DNA from: an uncultured Phycisphaerales bacterium | GTDB taxonomy: Bacteria; Planctomycetota; Phycisphaerae; Tepidisphaerales; Tepidisphaeraceae | DNA length: 64,000 nucleotides | Direction: 5' to 3' | Assembly (NCBI GenBank): GCA_963755915.1 | Contig: CAVWLP010000002.1 | Coordinates: forward strand, 576,001-640,000 | Shown here: positions 55,673 to 64,000 of the stretch, in pieces | Layout: the number at the start of each line of letters is the position of its first letter | Numbering within the stretch: position 1 is the first letter of the stretch | The notes under the pieces: model-generated | What the model saw: only the letters and a program-made list of their open reading frames with translations | What the model was told of the DNA's origin: nothing | Database searches by the model: none | Translations under genes and position numbers: made by a program

Positions 55673-55696
55673 ATTAGCCGGTAATTACCGGCTAAT
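55673..55696. promoter_or_regulatory. 24-bp perfect palindrome upstream of int, candidate att arm site
   Basis: attagccggtaattaccggctaat; its central 16 bp recur at 315..330. Confidence 0.7.
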
Positions 55697-55768
55697 CGGT
55701 GACTTTGAGGCCGCACTGCCCGACGCAGGCAGGTACGCTAAATTAAGCGTTCGGCCAGATTTATAAAG

Positions 55769-55812
55769 AACTCGGCAGGCAGGACTCGAACCTGCAACCA
55801 GCCGGTTAACAG
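55769..55812 (-). repeat. tRNA-proximal att core
   Basis: Identical 44 bp to 140..183; overlaps the tRNA 3' half. Confidence 0.95.
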
Positions 55813-55842
55813 CCGGCTGCTCTACCATTGAGCTACTGCCGA
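55771..55842 (-). tRNA. tRNA-Asn (GTT), CCA not encoded
   Basis: Cloverleaf tcggcag-ta-gctc aatggta gagc-a-gccgg ctGTTaa ccggc-tggtt-gcagg ttcgagt cctgc-ctgccga-g. Confidence 0.98.
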
Positions 55843-55860
55843 AAATAGGGCAAGCAGATG

Positions 55861-55888
55861 ACTTTATCGGCAGGGAAGGGGGTGTCAA
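55861..55888 (-). promoter_or_regulatory. Candidate tRNA promoter
   Basis: TTGACA-N16-TAAAGT just upstream of the tRNA. Confidence 0.5.
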
Positions 55889-56082
55889 GGAGGAAGGAAA
55901 ATTCGGCTGCGGCGGGCCGATTTTGACGGAAGATTGTGGCGTGGCGGCGTTCGCGGCTTGAGATTTAACTGAAAAAAAAAGGCTCCTTTGGCAGTATCGT
56001 GTTTAATGCTACCCCCTTCCGATGCTAAACTGACCTTACCCGTCCGCGCAGCAAACTACGGGCTGACTTTCTGCTTTTCCTG

Positions 56083-59000
56083 ATGACCGCGATGAACCGT
56101 TATGAGGCATTCGGCGCGCTATTCTGCACGCAGTGGCTGGCCATCGCGCTGGCGGTGATGATTCCCCTGAAATCGTGGGGAGGCGATGCGCGATACGACA
56201 TGGGGGGCCTGATCGACCTGGCGGCGGTTCGTGGCGTGGTGGCGACGGCCAGCGATAATCTGCGCAAGGATCAGCCATGTGCGGCATTTCTTCTGCACCG
56301 GGCGGAAGGGGAGATTCGTTTTAACAATAACTACGGGCCCTGCTGGTGGATGATGCAGTTGCCAGGCGAATATGAGGTCTCAGATATTCGGCTGTCGTTT
56401 CGGGATGTGATTACGTCGATTGGTCTTCAGATCAGAACGGCGGACGATCCGCCGGCGGACTGGAACAGTGTTCCGATTGTAGCGGCGTTTGATGGGGCGC
56501 TTCAGCGGGCAGTGAATGGGCAGCACATTGTCGAATTGCACTTCGACGCCAGGAGGGCGAAATACGTCCGCATCGAATTCCTTGGACAGAACGGTGGGGA
56601 GCATGGGGCGGGATCGGGGCACCAGGACCTGGTGGTGAGCGGATTGCAGGTGTGGGGGCCGAATGATCCGCCGGTTGGCAAAGCGATTTCGGTTGCACAA
56701 TCCGCCTGGGCGGACGGCGCGTGCACATTGCACGACTGCACGACGGACGATCGCGCGGCGGATGGAACGGTTACACCGCGACCGCCAAGAGACTGCGATC
56801 AATTGGTGGGCGACAACGATCCGGGGGCGACTGGGGATGCGGTGATTGCGACATTTTTTGCCGCGGGAAGTCCGACGACGGCGATAGAGCAAACCGATCA
56901 GCCCGCGAGTTTTGTCGTCACGCTGAAAAACCGGGTGAATGTGACGACGGTGGCCTATTCCGCCACGAGTGACGATAGGGTTGAGCGTCCTCGGGACGTG
57001 AGGATTTACACGTCGGCCTTCACGATGGGAGACGCGTGGAGGCTTCAAAAAGAAGTGCGGGATATCCAGAGCGGCAGCTACGAGGAGATCGCGCTGGACA
57101 AGCCGGCGGCGGCGCAGCGCGTGCGGTTCGATGTCGAGCGGGTGTGGAATCCCAGGATCGACCTGCAGCGGAAGGCGGCGGAGGGGCACCTGGCGAGCTT
57201 TACGTGTACGGCGAAAGCTTGCCGGCGGATATCGCGTATTCAACGCCCGAGGCATGTCAGGCGAGCTGCCAGATTCTGGATGGGCAGGGGAAGATCGTTC
57301 GACTGCTGCAGTTGCCGACGCCGGTGCAGCCGGGAAGGCACGGCATCGACTGGGACGGGCTGGATGACCTGGGTAATTTGATGCCGGGGGGGACGTATGA
57401 CGCACGCGTCATCCTCAATCCGGCGGTGTACAAGAACATGGGCGCGATCGGGAATACCGCGACACCGGCGACGATCGATCAGAATCCTTCGCAGATTGGG
57501 TCGGTTGCGACCGATGCCGCGGGGAATGTTTACACCGCGGATGGTTGGGACGAGGCGTCGCAGGATTTTCGAAAATGGGACCGCGATACGGGGGCGCATG
57601 TTTTCGACGCTCATGGCGAGATCCGCAGCGGAAATCCCAACGGATTGGCGTATGCGATCGCGGTGGATGACAAATATATCTTCTGCGCGACGACGTCCCA
57701 CACGGATCACGGGCAGCAGCATATTCGGCGATTCCGGCTGGCGGATGGAGAGCCGGCGCCGTTTCCCGCGGCTGGGGCGACGGGGGGACATATTCTCGTG
57801 CACGATCGGCCGGATGATGAGATTCCAGGCGGGACGGACGAAGCGACCGCGAAAGACATGCGCACGCCGCTGCATGCTATGGCGGTGGCGGGAGACAAGC
57901 TGTTTGTGAGCGACACGCTGGCGGGAAAGATTCTGAGTTTCGATCGGGAGACGGGATCGCCAGGGGGGTCGCTCGATTCGAACATGCCGCTGGCGCTGGC
58001 CGTGGATTCCAAGGGGCGCCTTTGGGTGGGGCATGAGGATGGGTCGATCAGCGTCCGCGAGCAGGATGGGTCACAGTTTCGCGTAGCGTACACGGGTCTG
58101 GGCCACATCCAGGCGATGGCGTTTGGGCCGGACGATACGCTTTACGTCGCAGACAGCGCGGCGGGGAGGGTGCTGGTCTATTCGCCCAACGGCGCGAGCC
58201 GAATCTTTGGGCAGAAGGCGGCGCCGGGGGATTATGCCCCGGATCATTTTTACACGATTACGGCACTTACTGTGGACCGAATAGGAAATCTTATCGTTGC
58301 CCAGGAACTTCCGGTGGACGGCTCACGCCTGACGCGATTTTCGCCGGATGGAAAAGTGATCTGGGACCAGCTTGGGGGGGAATTCTGCAACACGGGGAAT
58401 TTCTCAGCCGAACATCCGGACGAGATTTTGACCCAGGACCTGCACCGCTACATCGTGGATAAGCGGACGGGGAAATGGGAATTCCGCGGATCGGTGCTCG
58501 ACGGCGAGGCGCGATATCTGCGCTGGCCCCATGGGCCTATGCGGGTGCTGAAACTGGGGACGGGGGAATTTATCTGCCAGGGATTTGGCGATGGGCTGCA
58601 GGTCTATCGGCGTGAGGGGGATGTGTTTCGGCTCTGCTCGATGTTCGGCTGCGTGAATCCGCTGCCGGGGGGAATCTTTCGGGATGCGATGACGATCCCG
58701 GACGATCAGCGGCCGCAGAAAAAGCTCTGGTCGTGGCAGGACGCCAACGGCGACGGGAAGGTGGATGACGAGGAGATCGAATGGGAGGAGGATTCCGACG
58801 GCGCCGGCCAGTGGAGCCACTTCGGAATCAACGTCGACCAGCACGGCAATGCGCTGCTGTGCGAGTTCAACAATTCGATCATGGAAGTTCCAATGACGGG
58901 GTTTGACGACAAGGGGAACCCGGTTTACGAGATGCTGGAAAGGCGGATTGTGATTCCGCCGGATGGGTCGCCCAGCCCGGTTCTGTCGGACCCGATCATG

Positions 59001-59498
59001 GCCGTGCGGGGCGACGACGGGAGCATTTATGCGTTCAGCCGAAGCAAGGTATTTCCTGCCCCGCCGGAAAGCGGCGGAGGGTGGATGGCGGGATGGATGC
59101 TGGCGAGATATGACAGCGACGGTAACCTGCTGTGGTACACGCGGCTGCCAGAGGCCTGCCCGGGGATGGATCATATTCCGGGCGGAGGTGTGATGCTGGT
59201 CTCGATGAAATCAGGGAAGAATGGATGCGATATTTATCACTACACGCCGGATGGGGCGTTGATCGGCATCTTTCATCCTTCGCCGCAGTTTCTGGATCCC
59301 GGGGGGATTCCGGACAACACGGGCTCGCTGAGCGTGAGCCGCGATCCGCGCGACGGGTTGCTCGATGTGCTGGTGGAGGATTGTTTGGGGAACCGGTTTT
59401 ACTGGTACCGGGTGGACGATCATCGCAAGCCGACGGAGCTGCATATCGGCGTTCAGCTTATCGCGCCGGGCAGTGCGCTTAAGAGCAATCCGTCTTAA
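56083..59498 (+). CDS. Large secreted protein: discoidin/CBM-like domains, FlgD-Ig domain, NHL-like beta-propeller (frameshift near 57190)
   Basis: KYVRIEF and QRVRFDV strands, WDGLDDLGN..PGGTY, WQDANGDGKVDDEE. Confidence 0.75.
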
Positions 59499-60313
59499 TC
59501 GGCTTTCGCTTTCAGAAGCGCCCATTCCTGAGGCGAGTTGCGGAGTTCTTCGAGGGCGATGGCGCGGTCGCCGTCAGGCAGGAAGGAAACCAGAGAATAT
59601 TGGGCCGGATCGCGGGGCTGGGTGCCGGCGAGTTCGAAGCTGTGGGTCGGCTCGAAGCGCAAGCGCAGCGCTTCGGTGACGCCGGGGCGGAAAATTTCGT
59701 GAAGCTCGACGAGGATGTCGGCGTTACTCAGGCCGGGAATCGCCAGAGGATCGAGCAGATCGAATTCGAATCCCTCGCAATCGCAGATGATGAGCGTGCG
59801 GCCGCGGACGGCACTGGCGAGGGCTTCAATGGTGCATTTGCCGCGGATGGTCACGCGGTCTTCGACGTCGTTGAGGCGGGCCATTTCGGCGCAAAGCTGG
59901 CGCGAAAGGGGGTCGAGATCGAACCCGATGACGCTCGCTGCCTCGAGCCGGCGGGCCATGCCGATGACGTAGTATCCCTCGGCGCAGCCGATGTCGATCA
60001 CGCGTTCGTAGGGCTCTTCACAGAGTTGTTCGATCCACGAATGCAATTCACATTCGTAGGAGCCGACGAGCTTGGGGGCGATGGTGCTGCCGGTGGCGCG
60101 GCTGACATATTTCATTCCAGCGAACGGGCCGGCCTGAACGACGTGACCGTGGCGGGCGACGTAGCGGTCGAGCACGCGCGGCAACCCGCGCCGGCGGGCG
60201 ACGCCGTCGTTGTGCATCCGCCGGCGAAACGAAAACCACCGATCCGCAAGATTTGGGGAAAGCCGGTAGAGGATGGATTTCAGCGCTTGTTTCATACTTG
60301 GATGAAACGGCAA
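59495..60313 (-). CDS. Class I SAM methyltransferase-like protein
   Basis: IDIGCAEGYY, ICDCEGFE, LVELHE. Confidence 0.85.
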   Translation of the reverse strand: MPFHPSMKQALKSILYRLSPNLADRWFSFRRRMHNDGVARRRGLPRVLDRYVARHGHVVQAGPFAGMKYVSRATGSTIAPKLVGSYECELHSWIEQLCEEPYERVIDIGCAEGYYVIGMARRLEAASVIGFDLDPLSRQLCAEMARLNDVEDRVTIRGKCTIEALASAVRGRTLIICDCEGFEFDLLDPLAIPGLSNADILVELHEIFRPGVTEALRLRFEPTHSFELAGTQPRDPAQYSLVSFLPDGDRAIALEELRNSPQEWALLKAKAD

Positions 60314-60382
60314 ACCATTTCGTTTTGAACAAATGCCCCATGGGCGCGATCGGGCGCCCCCCCTACGCGGGCGGGAGTTTCC

Positions 60383-61555
60383 TTAGACGCTGACGGTCTC
60401 CTGCGTCTTGGGCTTGCGCCGGTAGGAGAGGGCGTCGGACGGGACGAAAGTTCCCAGAGATGCCGGTGGAGCCGGGCGGTGAAGGCTGGAGTGTTTATCC
60501 ATGTTGGGGCCGCCGTGCTCGCGCACGTAAAACGAGCAGTTGTTGCACGGGCTGGGGAAATCTCCCTCGGGAACCGGGCCCTTGCGAAAGAGCTGGCGGG
60601 CACGGCGGACGGAGGGATGATTATAAATTTCGCGAACGCTCATTTCCTCGAGGCTCGCGTACTCGGCGACGTTTTGATAGATCAGGCAGCGCGCCATTTT
60701 GCCGTTTGAATTGAGCACGAGCGATCGCCACAGGAAATAGCAGGGATAGCGCGAATTGACCTGCCCGATATCGAGCTTGCCGTCCTGGAACGTCGTGCCG
60801 TCTTCGGGAAGCCAATAGTCCTGAAGGTGCGTGTGGAATTCCATTCCGCGCAGGGGGGCGAAGCGTATGAATACGCCCAGGTCGTCGGCGATCGACTTCG
60901 CCAGTCCCATTTCGTGGACGTTGTATTTATGAACGAGGAACTGCCATTCGATTTCGATGCGGGACCGCTGGCGGCGTTTTTCGTCGACGAAGCGGCGCAT
61001 TCCCAGCAGGGCGTCATCGACGCTGCCGCCGGTGCGATAGCGCTCGTAGGTTTCCTGGGTGAGTCCGTCGATGGCGCAGACGACATGATCGAGCCCGCTG
61101 GCGACGACTTCCTCGGCGATTTTCGGCTTGACCAGCGTGCAGTTGGTCGACATGAGCGTGAAGATTCGGCGGCGATGCGATTTTTCGATGATCTGGCGGG
61201 TGCGCGCCCAGTCGAGCAGCGGCTCGCCCTGCCCGTAAATCTGGCACTGGAAGAGATAGTCGCCCGCCTCTTCCAGAAGACGGTCATAGAGTTCCATCGA
61301 AAGTTTTCCGGCTTCGGGGCCGTGACGGGCATCGGGGAAAATTTGCCGGTCGCACAATGGGCAATCTAGGTTGCAGTAGTAAAGCGGCTCAAGAAACAGG
61401 GTGTAGGGCATTGACCGCACGTAATCGGCGCGGCGGCGATAGGCCAGTTCGGTGCGAATGGCGTTAAGGAATTTCTTCGGCGAGCCATAGCGCAAAACCG
61501 ACCGACCGTACACACGCCACAACCGCCCCGGATTTCGGTAATTCAAAAGCTTCAT
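60383..61555 (-). CDS. Radical SAM protein with SPASM/Twitch-like C-terminus
   Basis: CNLDCPLC, GEPLL, CYFLW...ARC...PCNNC. Confidence 0.9.
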   Translation of the reverse strand: MKLLNYRNPGRLWRVYGRSVLRYGSPKKFLNAIRTELAYRRRADYVRSMPYTLFLEPLYYCNLDCPLCDRQIFPDARHGPEAGKLSMELYDRLLEEAGDYLFQCQIYGQGEPLLDWARTRQIIEKSHRRRIFTLMSTNCTLVKPKIAEEVVASGLDHVVCAIDGLTQETYERYRTGGSVDDALLGMRRFVDEKRRQRSRIEIEWQFLVHKYNVHEMGLAKSIADDLGVFIRFAPLRGMEFHTHLQDYWLPEDGTTFQDGKLDIGQVNSRYPCYFLWRSLVLNSNGKMARCLIYQNVAEYASLEEMSVREIYNHPSVRRARQLFRKGPVPEGDFPSPCNNCSFYVREHGGPNMDKHSSLHRPAPPASLGTFVPSDALSYRRKPKTQETVSV

Positions 61556-61885
61556 AGGTAGAACTACTTAAAAAAAGAGCATGAAAACAGCACAAACGGC
61601 CGGTCAGGACAGTGAACGCAAATCAGATACCGGGTAATTTCCAGGATTCATTTTGAGGAAAAAATATTGTTATGTGAATTTCGCGCGATGAGTTTTTGGG
61701 GGTTTGGGCGGTTTCGATTCTGCTTTGAGATTCAGGCTCGCTGGGATAAAATTCACCCGGTTCCTGGGTGCTAGCCGAAGCTGCTGAATCCTTCCGATGG
61801 CCGGCCTGGAAATTCATGTTCAAACTTATGCTCGAGGCTGAGGGAATCGTTCCCGCGGGGAAGCGTACTGCCGATTTCAATCGCG

Positions 61886-63001
61886 TTGCGGCGATGCTGC
61901 GCGGTCAGTTTCGGATTGATCCTTCCGCATATTTTCTATGTTAACGACCTGAGTCATCCCTTTCAGACAGGGGTGCTGTTTTGTCTTTTCCCGACGGGAG
62001 TATTAATCGGCCAGTCGATTTTTCGCGGTCGTGCCGGCGCGCCGCTTATGCAGGCAGTTTTGATGACGCTTACGTATTTTTTAATCGCCATGTCGGCGAT
62101 TGCGCTGCCCGTCGGAATTGGCGCGCTGCGGATGGCGCAGTTAGCGATTTTTCTCATGGGGTTGTTTGCGGCGGATACGAACGGGCAATCTCGATTTGAA
62201 CTGCCAATCCTGGGAATTTCTGTCGGGGCACTGGTTAGCGTAATGCTAACCTGGAGTTATGCTCGCAGCGCCGAGCGGTATGACATCTCGGAGTTGATGA
62301 TGCCCGCACTGGCAGTAGCAATCGTTTCGGCAGCGACGTCGGCTTTGTTATTTTTGGGCGGGGGCTTGTCGATCGCGTCTGAAACGTTTACGGACCGGAA
62401 GTCAATTCGCGGGGACCTCTCCAGGGTGGATCGCCATGTGCTTTGTGCAATCGGCATTTCTGCATTGACTGCGCTGGCCGGGGCGATCGTCTGTACGCTC
62501 ACGCCAATGATGCTGTGGGAATCTTTCGGATTGGGGCCAAGCGCAACGTCGGTTGTATTCGCGATAGCCGGATTGGTCATCGTCTGTGTGAATCTCATCG
62601 TTGGGTATGTCCTGCGCAAATCAGATTCCGCATTTCGAACGTACATCATTGGGGGAATCGGGCTGGCGTTTCTCGGCATCGGCGCGGCAGCACTGATGTG
62701 GTCTCCGTCCACACAATCGGGCCTCCTCGTTTTCAACGGTGTCGCGGCGTTTTCAATCGGTTGGGGTGTTTGGCGGCCCGCCCGATTTAGGATCACCCGT
62801 GCTTTACTTGCAGGACAGCCCGGGGAGGCGATCCTGAAATTGAACGACCTGGCAGTTTTGCTGGCGTGGATTATGGGGCCGATTCTGGCGGCGTCTGTCT
62901 TCTATGCCCACGAACGAACGTCATTCGGTTTAGCGGGCCTGGCGATCATCCTGGCTGGGATGTATTTGGGTGCGACGTTGCGAAGAAGTAAGCAGGCATA
63001 A
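61886..63001 (+). CDS. Polytopic membrane protein, MFS-like
   Basis: About 11-12 hydrophobic segments, WIMGPILAA; start uncertain. Confidence 0.6.
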   Translation: MRRCCAVSFGLILPHIFYVNDLSHPFQTGVLFCLFPTGVLIGQSIFRGRAGAPLMQAVLMTLTYFLIAMSAIALPVGIGALRMAQLAIFLMGLFAADTNGQSRFELPILGISVGALVSVMLTWSYARSAERYDISELMMPALAVAIVSAATSALLFLGGGLSIASETFTDRKSIRGDLSRVDRHVLCAIGISALTALAGAIVCTLTPMMLWESFGLGPSATSVVFAIAGLVIVCVNLIVGYVLRKSDSAFRTYIIGGIGLAFLGIGAAALMWSPSTQSGLLVFNGVAAFSIGWGVWRPARFRITRALLAGQPGEAILKLNDLAVLLAWIMGPILAASVFYAHERTSFGLAGLAIILAGMYLGATLRRSKQA

Positions 63002-63013
63002 ATCTTTGAACGA

Positions 63014-64000
63014 TTACGCGGTGGCCGGTTCCGCGACTGCGCTGCGTGGCGGTTTGGCCGGCAGTTGCCGATCTGCAAAGGCGGCAGCCGGAAACCCGGC
63101 GGAACTGGAAAGGGTCTTTTTTATTTCGTCCGCGGCCCGCAGCGCCAGGGCCATGAGCGTGAGCGTCGGGTTCGAGAAACCGCCCGTGGGGAAAACGGCG
63201 CTGCCGGCAATATAGAGATTCGAATAGCCGTGCACGCGACAGCGGGGATCGACGACGCTGGTGGAAAGATCGGTGCCCATTCGCGTCGTTCCCATGTGAT
63301 GGCTGGCGTCGGTATAGCCGCCGTGCAGACCCTTCTCGCGGCCTTGGATCGGGACGGTATCGACATCCATGTCGGCGACGCCGAGGCGTTTCCACTGTTT
63401 TGCGATCGCGCTGGCGAGCACGGAAATCGAGCGGGCCTCCAGTTCCGTCGGTTTCCAGTCGAGCACGGTTCGCCGCATTCCCAGAGAATCGCGCGAATTG
63501 CTGAGCGTGACCCGGCTGTGCGGGTTTGGCTGCTGCTCGACGCTGATACCGAAGCAGGGCTGGGACGTGCCGACGGAGGCGACCTGTTTTTTGAGATACC
63601 TGCGGTAGACGGTGCGCATCACGCGGTCGGGCCGATTGGCGATTCGCAGCAAGGTGCGCGGCACGTGCGGGCGAAGCTGAGCGTTGCGGATTGAGGAGAC
63701 GACGAGTTTGGCGGCGTCGATCGGATCATCTTCCTGCGCCGGATAAAAGACTTCGCCGCCGGCGTGGAGAATTCGCTCGGATCTCTGAAGCGATTCGCCG
63801 GCCGCGAGCTTGATGCAGTGGCGGATGTCCGAGAGGCGGAAGGAATCAAACCATCGGCTGAACTGCCGGCGATCGGTCGGCCGCAGGGGGAAGACAACGC
63901 CGGGGTGGTCCTGGAAATATCGCCCGACGACGTCGCGGCTGTTGCCGATGCCGGTAGGTTCGACGGAGTTGGACGCGAGCAATAAACGGGCGGTTTCGAT
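63014..64000 (-). CDS. GMC family oxidoreductase, C-terminal part
   Basis: VGRYFQDHP, EQQPNPHSRVTL, HHMGTTRMG, SNPTLTLMALALR. Confidence 0.92.
   Translation of the reverse strand: METARLLLASNSVEPTGIGNSRDVVGRYFQDHPGVVFPLRPTDRRQFSRWFDSFRLSDIRHCIKLAAGESLQRSERILHAGGEVFYPAQEDDPIDAAKLVVSSIRNAQLRPHVPRTLLRIANRPDRVMRTVYRRYLKKQVASVGTSQPCFGISVEQQPNPHSRVTLSNSRDSLGMRRTVLDWKPTELEARSISVLASAIAKQWKRLGVADMDVDTVPIQGREKGLHGGYTDASHHMGTTRMGTDLSTSVVDPRCRVHGYSNLYIAGSAVFPTGGFSNPTLTLMALALRAADEIKKTLSSSAGFPAAAFADRQLPAKPPRSAVAEPATA

Larger units (their letters stand above)
140..55812. mobile_element. Integrative conjugative element (Tn4371-like trb/tra backbone) integrated at tRNA-Asn
   Basis: 44-bp direct repeats at both ends match the tRNA-Asn 3' half; tyrosine integrase next to the tRNA; relaxase, TraG and a TrbB-TrbI set lie inside. 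Confidence 0.93.

Overview
Nearly the whole window (140..55812, about 55.7 kb) is one integrative conjugative element (ICE) inserted in a tRNA-Asn(GTT) gene (55771..55842, minus strand) and bounded by a perfect 44-bp direct repeat of the tRNA 3' half. It carries a tyrosine integrase with a DUF1580 HTH gene, a Tn4371-like transfer backbone (DUF2840, TraF peptidase, VirD2-like relaxase, TraG, TrbB, and an inverted trbC-D-E-J-J-L-F-G-I-DUF2274 block), a leading-region operon (DUF932, ssb, DUF6166, ParB-like) and two CI/S24-like regulators. Cargo comprises three LuxR-type regulators, three 7-repeat GloVer PEP-CTERM proteins, an unknown secreted 579-aa protein, an AbiE TA pair, YhcG, an AAA+DUF4143 gene, a giant TpsA/TpsB pair and a GAF-PAS-HD-GYP gene. 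The first 140 bp resemble the integrase end of a second, related island, which suggests tandem integration. Right of the tRNA is host chromosome, probably Planctomycetota (inferred, not shown). Many genes are broken by single-base frameshifts, most likely sequencing indels, so several gene boundaries are my reconstructions and family names come from motif recognition, not database searches.
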